64,000 bases of DNA from the NCBI RefSeq assembly GCF_009914755.1, contig NC_060926.1; one strand, given 5' to 3'. The translations under genes and the position numbers were made by a program. This DNA is from the human T2T-CHM13v2.0 reference genome, Homo sapiens. This document shows, in pieces, positions 46,200 to 59,178 of the stretch; within the stretch, counting starts at the first letter, position 1; the number at the start of each line of letters is the position of its first letter. The notes beneath the pieces are model-generated. The model was not told where the DNA came from. It searched no databases and saw nothing but the letters and a program-made list of their open reading frames with translations.

Positions 46200-47600
46200 A
46201 GCCTAGCTCTGTACTTGGTTTCACAGTGAATCAGACAAGAAGGCTGTGTTCTTGTCCAGTGATATGCTTGTTAGGGGAAGATGGACAGAAAATAAGGTAA
46301 CTTCAAGTAGTGGTAAGTGCTCAGAAGAAAACAAAAACAGGCTAATGGAATAGGAACACTGTTTTAGAAGAGGGGGTGACATTTAAGTTGAGAACTGAGT
46401 GATGAAAAATGCCAGGCACACAGCAACCTGGGAGAAAGTGGTTCGATGATCACTCAAAGGTAGGAATGAATGAGGGTTATTTGAGGAATGTTACCAAGGC
46501 TGATAAGGCAGTAGCTCATGGATCTGGGAGAACCCATCTTCATTAGAGTGGATGGGGAGGGAGTTGAGCCCAAGTAAATGAAGGTGTTGAAGCTGTGGGC
46601 AACTTAGATTGTAGCCTAGTGTGAGGGGCCACTGGGGCTGTGGGCGTGGAAGCAGTGGGAGCTGGTTCATGATTAGACAAGGCCACTCTGGGCTGGACCC
46701 TGAAGAAGGGGTAGGAATGGGGTAAGCACTGGGGGTTGCCTAGGGCGTCACTGTAGGTGGCCATGGGGGAGGGTCCGGTACCAGACCCAGGTGGTGGCAG
46801 CAGGGGAGAAGTGGCCTGAGTCAGTGCCTGCTTAGAGCTGATTCAGCTGTCAGGCTTACTGATGAGGGTTGAGAGCAAGAAGAGGAGGAAGGAAGGGAAT
46901 CAAGGTAGTTCCTAGATTTTTGTGGGCTCTAGCAGTTAGGGAAACATTGGTCCCTTTTTAACCATGCCAGGGAAAATCGGGGGATGAGCAGGTTTTGTGG
47001 GAAAGCTTGGTTTCCATCATGTTGCTTATGTGCTGCCTCTCAGACATCCAGCTGAGCCCACCACGCAAGTGGGTGTGTGGAACAGGTGGCTGGATCCGTG
47101 GGTCTGGAGCACAGGAGAGAGGCTGAGGTGAGGCCAGGGCTGGAGAGTTGTGACTTGTAGATTGTGTTTATGGCCACAGGTCTGAAGGAGGCAACCTAGA
47201 GAAAAGGTGGGCACAGCAGAGAGGGGAGCTGAGGGGCGAGTTGGACCAGGCCCAGGCACTGGAAAATGGGAAGGCCAGAGAAAAGAGGTGGCACCAGCAG
47301 AGGGGCCTGAGGATCATGTGGGGGCACAGAGGTCAAGTGAAGACCTTGACCCTAGAAGGAAGGTGGTCAGCTCAGAGCTTGAGTAAGATGATGACAGAGA
47401 CTGGGTGGTTGAAGAAGGCCAGGTGGCAGTGACCTTAGCATGGACTAGACAGACTAGGTGAGGAAATAGAGCCGGCAGCTGAACCCACTTTGGGGGTTTT
47501 ATTTGAAGGAGATCAGAGAAATGGAGCGATGTGGTGGTAAGGTGGGGCTGCGTTGCTTTTCTGTTGTAAGATGGGAGATATTACAGCATAGTTGTGTGCG
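46200..47600. mobile_element. Diverged L2 LINE fragments
   Basis: Purine-rich L2-like motifs (ggggtgacatttaagttgagaactga; aggaatcaagg...cctagatttt; gggtctggagcacaggagagaggctg); boundaries approximate. Confidence 0.55.
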
Positions 47601-47948
47601 ATGGTGATGGTATAGCTGAGCTGGGCAGAGGAGGAAGCACAGCTGTGGGTGGGCGGTAGATGGGGTGCATTGGGAGGCAAGATCCAGGTCACCTTAGAGC
47701 TTGTTTTCTCGTGCAGGCAAGAAGCCAGATGATCAGCTGAGAGAGAGGGAGGAAGCAGGGTCTCGCTCTTGAGACCAGAGACGGTGTAAAATCAACCTCT
47801 CAGGCAGTGCTGAGTCTTCTTTGCAGCCCCACACTTAATGTAGACACCTGATTAAACATCTGCCCAGCTCCCTCGTTTTGAGAGCCCTGGAGATCCACTT
47901 CCTTTCCAGGCAGTGCTTTGGCAAGCCAGGGGACTTGTTCAAATGTCT

Positions 47949-47962
47949 CCACCAGATGGCGC
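47949..47962 (+). promoter_or_regulatory. CTCF core motif CCACCAGATGGCGC
   Basis: Full match to the CCASYAGRKGGCRS consensus; occupancy not shown by sequence. Confidence 0.6.
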
Positions 47963-48398
47963 CAGTAGGGCATTGCTGAAACCTTAGATGTTTTCTGAAA
48001 GACGGAAGGCAGAATGGTCTTTTTTCTTGGTTTTCCTATATTTAGACCATTTTATCTCAAACTTGAGTAGTAAATAGAGTATTTTGAAAGGAATACAATT
48101 CTCACAGATCCCCAGAGTTGATTTAAATTATTTTATTATAATACAATTTGCACATTGTAAACAGTATACATTCCCTACTTACAGATCTTATACAACTGTC
48201 AAGTCAAAACAAATTTAGAAATTAAATCGAAATAAAACCACAAATAAAAAGTCCAAACCACCAAACTTCACATAATTTAATGAAAGAAGGGCTTTTTCTG
48301 AAAATAAAGAGCTAGGTGCAATGCGACCCCGGAGTGCGTTGCTTCTTGTAGAGTTTGGGATGCCTGTTTTTTGTGTGTCGTGGTGTGACTCAATTCTT

Positions 48399-48692
48399 TC
48401 ACTCCTGTACTCCCAGCACTCTGAGAGGCTGAGGCAGCAGGATGGCTTGAGCTCAGGAGTTTGAGACAAGCCTGGACAACTTAGCAAGACCTTGTCTTTA
48501 CTAAAAATAAAAAAATTAGCCAGGTGTGGTAGTGCATGCCTGTAGCTCCAGTGACTTGGAAGGGTGAGCTGGGAGGATCATTTCAGCTGGAGAGTTTGAG
48601 GCTGCAGTGAGCTGTGATCATGCCACCACACTCTAGCCTGGGTGACAGAGTGAGATTCTACCTCAAAAATAAATAAACAAATAAAAACAAAT
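48399..48692 (+). mobile_element. Alu (AluJ-like), sense, 5' end displaced or truncated
   Basis: tcactcctgtactcccagcactctgagaggctgagg...gaggctgcagtgagctgtgatcatgccacc; A-rich tail. Confidence 0.88.
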
Positions 48693-48921
48693 ACATGAAG
48701 ATTAGCCTAGTGCCTGGCACTGAACAAGCACTCCGTGCTCATCTGTGTTGTCCTCATCACCTGATCCTGTCTCCTCATTCTACATCCCAAAGAGGCGGGA
48801 TGAGCTGTCAAGATCCCATAACTATGAGTGGTAGATCCTGGGCTAAGAGCGATGATCTTCTCTGCAACAGTTCTCAAAGTTCTTGGCCTTAGGACCTTTT
48901 CTCCTCTTAAAAAGGATCAAT

Positions 48922-49227
48922 AGACTGGGTATGGTGGCTCACGCCTATAATCCCAGCACTTTGGGAGGCCAAGGCAGGAGGATCACTTGAGGCCAGGCGT
49001 TTGAAACCAGCCTTAGCGAGACTCTGTCTCAATAATAATAATAATAAAATAAAATAAATTAAAAATTAGCTAGGTATGGCAGCTTACGCCTGTAGTCCCA
49101 ACCACTTGGGAGGCTGAGGTGGGAAATTGAGCCCAGTAATTTGAGGCTGTGGTGAGCCATGTTTGTGTCACTGCACTCTAGTCTGGGTGACAGAATGACA
49201 ATCTTTCTCAAAAAAACAAACAAAAAA
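48922..49227 (+). mobile_element. Alu (AluJ-like), sense, inserted in a hAT-Charlie-like remnant (~48865-49550)
   Basis: TSD aaaaaggatcaat at 48909-48921 and 49223-49235. Confidence 0.9.
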
Positions 49228-51345
49228 GGATCAATGAGTTTATATATATATATATGGGTTATATTTATTGATATGTATCATATTAGAAATTAAAGCAAAA
49301 TATTTAGAATACTGCCGGGTTCATTTAAAAAATAGTAATAAGCCCATACATGTTACCACAAATGTGATTTGTAATGAAAATAACTATTTTCAAAACAAAA
49401 AATAGCCAAATGGCATTGTTTTACATTTTTGCAAATCTCTTTGATGCCTGGTTATTTAATAGATGGCAGCTGGATTCCCCCAGCTGTTTCTGCATTCTGT
49501 CTGTTGCGGTGTGCTGTTTTGGTTGAAGTATATAAAGATAATCCCCCTTTGTCACACCAGACAAGATTCTTGGCCATTGGACAGCTAAGAAAACTGTGGA
49601 ATGGGGAAGTTGGGATCATAGTGCCCGTATCACAGGCTTGTCTGGGATTGAATGAGAGAATGTGAAAGAAGAGAGAAAAAAGTCTTAGAAGAATACCTGG
49701 CAAAAATTAGGCCCCCGTGCATGTTAGCTAATGTTAAAGTGGTCATGGGGACAGACCTGAAAAGACAGCTGAGGTGGGACTGCAGGGAGAGAGGACAGAA
49801 ATAACTGTAGGTAGGTGCTGCTATGGCAGAGGACTTTGAAACTGGCAATCTCAACCCAAAGAAGGGAATTGTGGAGCACCCGGAGGCAAGAATTCCTGAT
49901 TCCATCTACAGCACAGTAGGCTCCTCCACTTTAATACTCCTCAGCTTCATGGTTCTCAGAGTCATAAATTCAGAGCAACTAAAATTGTTCCTCCACAGCA
50001 GATTGTACCAAAGCTCCAATGAGATAAATCCACTTCTATTCAGCAGTGATAAGTAGAGTACAATTGGTAATTCTTATAATGTGGGGATTGAATTATAAAA
50101 AGGCAAAAGAAAAACTAAAACTATGTACTGTTTGGATTAAGCTTAAATCCACTGCAAGCAATTGCAAAAGCCCAAGTTGGGTGTGAAAACGGTCTCTAAA
50201 TACTTCTTGCAAAACCCTTGTATAATTAACTTCCTTCATTAGCTTTCCCCACCCCTTCTAAAGAAAGGTGATTTTATTTCCTCCTAAATCTGGTCACACG
50301 TTGCCACTTTGAATTACCATCTCCAGTTTGGCAGAGTGCCAGGGGAAGTCCTAGAGCAGGTCAGTTGGTCCAGTCCCCTGCCTCTAAGTGAGTGAGTGGC
50401 TACTTGGAAGAGAGTCAACAGGACTGGGTTTTAAAGATTCTCCAGACTCCTCAGTCTCTCTGGGATTAGAACAGACAGAAATGCTTTATCTCAGGGCAAA
50501 ACCATTTACCTTTAAAATTTATATCTATTTTCTCCCATGAATTTATCTAAGGATATGAAGATCCAGATAGTGGGAAGGATGGATGAGAGCATCCTGCTGG
50601 AATCCATGTTTCTTGGGCCTGCTGGAAAGACTTCTCAGCAGACAGGCCTGTAGAGATCCTTAACTGGGGATGAAGAGGAACGCTGCATCCTAGTAAAGAA
50701 AGGACCCTTCATTGGCAGAGTTCCTGTGCTTTTCCTCTCCTTTCTCACTCTCCTTGAGGTGACTAAACTAAGCAGGTGGGGCCTCCTTTGTGGCCCCGTG
50801 TTTCTTCCAAACTATGAGCCAAAACCTGCTGAATCTTGCCCAGCGGGGATCGGGGGCTTTGACTGAGAGGCCTTCCAGGGGGAAATTGTGTCACTTTATG
50901 GTCTGCTGGAGTTATTGAGGCCGCCCCATTGCATTTGTGTCTAGTGCTTGCTGTGTCAACACGGTTTGGCTGCAAACATTGCGTCAGGCCATAATCCCAC
51001 AATCCAAGGTATGTGCTGGCACCTCTCTGCCTCCAGGCACGCAGAACGGCCATCTCATCCGACCAAGGGGATCTTATCTGACCAGGGGGATAGCGTGCGT
51101 GGAGAAATGAACCTGTGAGAAAGTGAAATGGCAGTTTCAGTGGTGGCATTCAGGCAGGCACTCCTATTGGTTTTCAGCTCAGAATGCATTTTAAATAACA
51201 ACTATGACCATGCTTTTAGGTTTTTCACTTCTAATTCTGGCAATAAGCCCAAAATTTCACCAGAAAGGCCATGTTCTTCCCAAAGACATCTTACTCTCTG
51301 TGACTTCTAAAAATGACAGAAATATCACCCTCTAGGGTTGTTTAA

Positions 51346-51743
<398 letters not shown>

Positions 51744-52724
51744 AAGAGGTGGTATTTTTAAAAAGAATGTGTTGTTCTGTTTTTTTTTTTCTATTCAGTT
51801 TCTGTTCCGTATTTCTTCTCCCTTTTTCACCCACTTTGCTTGTATCTGCTTTAATAACCCCTTTCTAGACTGAGAATTTTTCTATTTATATGTAACTTAC
51901 ATCCTGCTGATTTATGCAAAATATGTGAGGTTGCTTACAATATTATAACATATAAATCAGAAGAGTGAAGAAAAAAAAGAGCATGGTAGCGGGAATCTGA
52001 GATATTACCACAGTTGAGCACCAAATGTTGATATAAGCCTTCTAGAGGCAAAACAGAAAGCATAATGCATAATGTGTCAGGTTACAGAGGGCTTTTTTTT
52101 TTTTTTTTTTTAATCAAAAGAGAAGTTGGGCTTTTCTTAGTGGCTGTTGTATTTCCAGTACCAGGTAATTCCATGTATTTCTTAAGGATAAGGCTCTACC
52201 TCCCTCTTGTCATCCCTGTCCCCATCCCCTAGAGTACCATGAGCTCTGCACAAAACCTATAGTAAGATCTCAGAGCTAGGGCCTCCAGCCGGTGACAGGA
52301 AACAGAGCCTTTCAGTGTCTTCTGAAAGTTGAGCTTACTGATGTTGGGTGCAGGCTGACAGAGGCCATTCAGGCTGGTCTAGACGTTCATCCTGGAGATG
52401 CGCCCAGCACCAGCCGAACTTCTGGTGGGAAGTGGAATGAAATGGACAGGGGTGGTCTTTTGGAGAATCTTATTATCCGATGGAGACGAAGCATACCTTT
52501 GGGAACTGGGAACCTCTTTCTACAGAGAGTCTGGGTTAGGGGCCTTGTTGCACCTGCTTGCTATCCTAAGTGCAGGCAAATGAGAAATGTTTTAATTTCC
52601 CCCTAGGAATGAGAAAATGCATTATGTTACTCTGAATATCCATAGCCTCAACAGATACCGACTTATGGAAGAGAATGTTGAGACTGTCAGGACTAAATAC
52701 TTAAAGCAAAATCAGGAAATCGGA

Positions 52725-53363
<639 letters not shown>

Positions 53364-53866
53364 ACATCTAGAATTAAACAAAACTTTTTTGAGGAGTAAA
53401 TTTCTACTGTGTTTTCTAATTCCTATGTTCTCTCTTTGGTTCTCTTTCAACAGATATGACTCCACGTAGCATGTCAAGGACTACATTAATCACCAATTCC
53501 TTTATTTTTCCCCCCCTACAGTTTCCATTTTTTTTTTATACTTGCTTACTCCAGCCATCTGCAGTACACCAGTTTCAGGTCTTTTGAGCTGTGTAGAGTT
53601 TCTGTGTGTACAGATGTGTGCTCGGACTTTTCTCTTTTTGAGAAATCTGAAGGAGATGGTTGCAGAAGATCCACTTACTACTGAGAACCATTACCACCGA
53701 CTCGGCCTCCGGGGTGTTGGGTGGTTTCTGGGTGGTTCCTGGAGCCTCCTCTGGGCAGTGCACTGTCCCATCTGTACGCCCTAATGTGCCATTCCCTAGA
53801 GGGGAACAACCAAGTGCCGTGGAGGCAGATGATCATGGTCTGCCTCAACTGTCTGGTTTCCTGTAA

Positions 53867-53872
53867 AATAAA
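53867..53872 (+). terminator. Candidate proximal poly(A) signal AATAAA
   Basis: Upstream TGTA, then AATAAA, CA dinucleotides and a U-rich downstream element (ttgttttatattttt). Confidence 0.6.
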
Positions 53873-54888
53873 CACATTGTTTTATATTTTTAGGGAACAA
53901 AAAGTGCTGCTATAGGGTTCAAAGTTTTCCTTCTGAACACTTTTCCGAAACAAATTACCCCAAAGACACATTTTGAATATCCTGGTCACATCTTTGGATC
54001 TGTAAAATATACCTTTTAGTATGGCACCTGTTAAAATGCAAAGCAAATTTCTTTGGGGCAGAAAAACAATCTGACAGTAGCAGTGTAGAATTTGTTCATT
54101 CAAATACATCTGTGTAAATGCAAAAAGTCATAAAATTCACCTCCGAGCTGCTTGCTTTTGAACCTGCAGCAACTAGTCTTAGCCGGCCCGGTTTGAACAT
54201 CGTTCTTTCAGAAGTGCTGAAAATGCTGCAAAGTTGGATAAGTGGAAATGTGGCTGCCCCTCTCCTCACTACTTCCTCTCTGATCGTTCTGAAGCTTGCA
54301 TTGGGAATGGCTGCTTTCTCTAACCATTTTCAGCTTGAGTGGGTATTGCTGAAGAAATCCAACATCATTCCAGCAGTTGAAAAAGGAAGCCTTCGGGAGA
54401 AAGTGCTTGTCAAAATTTTGTTCTTTGTGCTTGTGTATGAGTAAGTTGCCATGAATAAGTTATTATTTTAACCCATAATTGGCGACTGTTTATATGAATT
54501 CTTTCTTTGGCACCAAATAGGTTTCATCTTCTTAGGCACAATTAGAAAAAATCCACATAGATGGATATTTTACATTTAGTTATTGCTTTATCCAAATACA
54601 TGAATCTAAAGCTGAATCAACCCTTACTTCCAGTTGTGCTTATTAAGAAGATCAATTTCCAAGTAGTAAAGTTTTCAGGGAAACTGACTGTGCTGCTATT
54701 TGTTTTGACAAATTTGGGGGTAAGTCAATGACAACCAAACCAATCTCGGTGGAAACTCCTATCCTATCATGTTGTGTGCCCAAGATGAGTGAGCTGGCAC
54801 TGTGCCCTGAAGCTTTCACCACTGTAATGAAATATATGCCAGGGGAGACTTTGGGCTTTTCTCATGACTGTGTGGGTCGAAGGTAGCT

Positions 54889-54891
<3 letters not shown>

Positions 54892-54940
<49 letters not shown>

Positions 54941-54941
54941 T
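54892..54941 (+). repeat. (GT)21 plus imperfect extension, inside the 3' UTR
   Basis: Read directly from the sequence. Confidence 0.95.
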
Positions 54942-57109
54942 AAAGTGCTAAGAACTGTGCATTGACATCCAAACATTTCTTGTACAAAATTTCCCTAGCA
55001 AAGCAAACCTGCTTTGACTTAATTTATTTGTTAAATGTTGCACTTTGTTTATGTATGTTTTGTTTTTGGTGGGGAATAAGGAGAGAGAGGACGACAAATT
55101 CTATTGAAGTATTTATTTTGTGAAGATGGCAATTTTGCATTTGTTTAAATTTTTTTCATTCTTTAATTTTGTTATCAGTGCCAGCCCAATATACCTGCTC
55201 TACCATTATTTGCGGTCTGATAAAAGGGTCCTTGTGGGGCAGGTTTTGCAAAGCTTATCAGGTAATAACATATGCCACATAACCTTGTTGATATGTTTGC
55301 TTCTGATTTGGGAAGCTAAACATTGGTGTTTGAGAGGATTGCCAATTATTAATTGTCATTACCACTACTCTCCATTACTTTTTGTTTGGAAATTGAACAA
55401 AGGTCAGTAATGGTTTTTGGCTCTTGTTAATATCCATCATAAAATAGATTGTTTTAGATTCTTTCCAGGGTGATTTTTCCCTGGGTACCCCGTTTCTACT
55501 TCTAAAGAATTGCTTGGCACTTTCATGTTTCAAAGGGAAACATTCGCTTGTAGTTCCATTTTACTTGATCTCTACAAGGGACTGACAACATTTGCTTTAC
55601 TTTTATTCACAGAGAAAGTTGGCTTTGATGTCTCTTAAAGATAATTCTGCTAGTTGCTGATCAGCCAGTCAGTTCACCTAGCTTCAATCTTTATAGGACT
55701 TCTAATCTAATTTTCCTATAGTGTGACTAAAAGGGAGGCAAATTATTGGAACGGATTATTCAAATGGATCCTTAAATATTGCTATGTATAATAAGCCAGT
55801 TATTATATCAGGACCATGTTCTCTGTAGGCCACTTTCTAAAAAAGCCACATATGTGCAATTTTCAGGTTTTTAGACTATTGCTCCCTGTACTTTAAATGT
55901 AAAAACCACACTTCTGAACAACTAAGCTCATGAATATGATTTTGGTTATATGCAGCTTTTGACTAGCATGTATTGTGTCTTTTTCTCCTCTATGAATAAT
56001 TTTATATTTCATGCTACTTCTTGAAAGTTTACTCTTTGATGCTCTAAGAGAACAGCCAGATGGTTTATATGAATAATCTTTATCTGCAGGATGGTGGATT
56101 GGTAAATTAGGAGAATGTTGTTTGAGATATCAAGATTTATGTCTGGGAACTAAAATATATAATGCCAAATGTGTTTTTGTCAATTACTAGAGAATTCTGT
56201 GCAAACATATCATCTCTTCAAATGCTGCACACTTTGCTTTTGTTAAACAGCAGGTAGTAGACAGAACAATAACAGTTTCGCGTTAAGACTTTTAAAGGAA
56301 ATAGAATCGTGATTAAGAAATCAGAATTTATAGATATATTGGGATAAATGAAGAAATAAAAATGTTTGTCTAGAATGTAGCATCTAGTGACTTTTTAAAG
56401 CCCTAACGTTTACATAAAGAAGCTCTAGTTCTTATAGAAATAACAAAGCAAATAAAAGTTCTTAACAATCCCCTCTTTCGAAGTGCATTTTTTTAAAGCA
56501 GGGCAGGAGACATTTGGACTCTAGCTATATGACATACTGGGAAAGGCAGAGGGTGGAGGGAAGATTTCACTTCATTGTCTAGCCCAGAATCTTGAGCAAG
56601 CTAAAGAAACCATCATAATCTAAAATTGCTTCATTTAACACTAACAATTTAGACTTTTTAAACCAAGCATTGAATAATGGCTGGATAACTGCCGAAGTAA
56701 GCGCCGCTCCATGAAGTCTGCTTACTTATTTAAAAATTGTGTATCAGTTTTAAATACTGTTCATTGTGTGCAGATATAAGGGGAATAGGGCATTCTGTAG
56801 AATTATACATGTCTAGTTTGTAAAGTGTGTCCTGTGTACTGCAGATGTGTGTTCTCTGGGCTTTATGTATCTGTACAGTAGCTTTCACATTAAAAAAATT
56901 GTGGACAAACTTGTCCGGGGGGTTTGAGGGGAGAATGGTGGTTTATATCAATAACGATGCTGTACTATAGTCCATGTAACAAAAGATCTGGAAGTCACCC
57001 TCCTCTGGCCCACGGAAAATTTTGGTAATCTTCTAGGTTCTAAAATGAAGATGTATGGGTACTCTGGCAGACTGCATGTTGTATAATTTGAAAAATACTA
57101 AAAGTGGAA

Positions 57110-57126
57110 AATAAAATTGAATTAAA
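57110..57126 (+). terminator. Distal poly(A) signals AATAAA (57110-57115) and ATTAAA (57121-57126)
   Basis: Tandem hexamers preceded by TGTA motifs and followed by GU/U-rich ggtctgtttctcctt. Confidence 0.8.
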
Positions 57127-58919
57127 CTTTGGCTGGTCTGTTTCTCCTTATTTGAGCCACCCTGAAGGTATGGTCATTGGAGATGTCAGTGCCTGTGTGA
57201 GGATGAGCCATTTTCTGGCCTCAAAAGAGTTCACTTCAAGTGAGCAGGTGCCCCAATACACAGCATAAGCAAAGTCAACCTTGACCATTTTTGCTTTTAC
57301 TTTGCTTAAATATCTGCTCTAATTTTTTTTTCATTTCAGAACTAAGAAAACTTGACATTTGTCACTTCAATTCTGAAAAGATAGCAGCTGTTGTAAAAAA
57401 AAAAGTGTCTTATTAGCTTTTTTAAAAAGTAGGATTGACTGAAAGCTCAATAGAGCAGTGTATTCACTGAATATCTGAATTTCTTCTTGCCTGAGAACGG
57501 CATTAATTCTCCACCAAATGAATTGGAGCCCTGTTTGCATATGTTGAAAGATTATCAGCATCTTTTGAGGATTGGGGTGTTTATATTCCTGTTTAACCTA
57601 CTGATTCATAGCGTTAATGTACAGGTCTGAGATCTCGTGAGAGGACACCGGAGCATGAATCCTTTGGGGGCTAACCAGTGCCAGGACACAGGATAATTTT
57701 TTTTTCTGCTCTCATAACAAGGAGACTTCCCTACCTTAGGACACTAGAATCGTGTGACCATGCATGACATTGTGTATGTAAAGCATCCTCATTCTTGTGC
57801 TTGGTTTGATTAATGGTGCATGAGAGCCAGACAGTAAACCTCTTTCCCTTAATTGATTAAAAATGTAAAGGATAGATGTCAAGTGAATGTGTAATTAAGG
57901 GCACTGCAAATGGTGTGCTTTTATGCTGTCTTATCCATCTTTTTCGAAATTGTTATTCTCCCAAGAACTCTGAAGAAGTTTCCAGATATCAGATTGTTAA
58001 AAGTGACTTATGTAGTAAACTTCAAACGTGGTGGTTGAATATTCAGCTGATGCCTGTGTGTTTTAGATGGGAAAGCAGTTGTCTGAAAGAACCAGATTAC
58101 AAAGCAAATTTCAATATCAATGGGAAATGACCCCCACAGATCCCAGAACACAGCAGCTCTGCGATGCAGTCAGACTGCGTTGATGCCAGTGTTCTCTTGG
58201 TTCCTGCAAGACTTTCTTGAGGTTTCTTGTTTCCGCAAGCTCTGAACTGGGCTCTGGCTTTGCCTCAGAAGCACAGAGCTGGAGCATCTGTGGGAGAAAG
58301 TGGAAATGGAGCAATAATCTGCAAAGGCAATTACTGGTGATGTGTGTATTGGCAGGTTTCATTCTAGCATTTGTGACAGGTCGTGTCTTGTTATTTGTCT
58401 TGTGTACATAATACACTGAACAGAGGTAGGAGTCACCTCTTGGATGACACATTAGTTGAAAATGTGGGCTAACTTGACAAAAGGCATCCTGAGCCATGGA
58501 ATTTTCACTTTCCTTTTGGCGTTTGGTGGTTCTTCGTCCAATTTGCAAAGAAAACACAAATCTCTCTGTGGGGTTAGTTGGGTTCAAAATAATTTTTAAA
58601 AATCCCATACCAACCACTGTTGGTGGTCTTTCTGCCTCCATTACCCTGGATGGCAAAGGCTGGGATTCTCCATCTGCTTTGCTTCAACAGCAGTTTGTTC
58701 TGGACTTCCAGGAGGCCCTCTTTGCCGTCGAGCACCTTTTAACCCTTCACCCTTCCCCATGCCCAGATCACAAATGATTCTCATAGTATAGCTGTTCAAG
58801 ATTTATCTACAACAATATTTTATTCCTTCAGAATGTAATTAGAGAAATTGACAAACTTGTTCTGGATGAAACGAAACAGCATCAGAATCTCGTAATGCTC
58901 AGAAAGCTGCAATAAGCAG

Positions 58920-59178
58920 TCAGCTATTTCCAGGGCACTATTCTGGCTGTGTGCCAGACACTGTTTTAAATGCTTTACATGTATTAATCCATCTAATCTT
59001 CCTAATAACCCCGTGAGGAATGCACCATTATCTCTCCTTTACAGGTAAGGAAACAGGCGCAGAGAGGTTAAGTAGCTTGCCCAAGGTCTCACAGCCGGCA
59101 AGAGGAGGCGCCAGGATTGAAACCCACACAGTCTGGTTCTAAGGTTCATGCTCTCAACAGGTAGTAATACTGCCTCTC
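58920..59178 (-). mobile_element. MIR SINE
   Basis: gtgtgccagacactgttttaaatgctttacatg...tttacaggtaaggaaacaggcgcagagaggttaagtagcttgcccaaggtc...ggattgaaaccc. Confidence 0.8.

Larger units (their letters stand above)
53454..57140 (+). other. KIF5C: KIF5C terminal non-coding exon 26 (3' UTR, ~3.7 kb)
   Basis: Long polypyrimidine tract plus CAG at 53451-53453; AU-rich tract without obvious interspersed repeats, ending at AATAAA/ATTAAA; length agrees with the ~7-kb mRNA I recall. Confidence 0.85.

Noticed and set aside
48120-48300. Possible antisense 3' UTR or processed-pseudogene end (minus-strand AATAAA near 48132)
   Set aside because: No poly(A) tail or TSD; the AT-rich sequence looks more like an ancient hAT-Charlie remnant.
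58117-58656. 179-aa minus-strand ORF downstream of the gene
   Set aside because: No recognisable homology, no promoter or splice context, composition typical of random intergenic ORFs.
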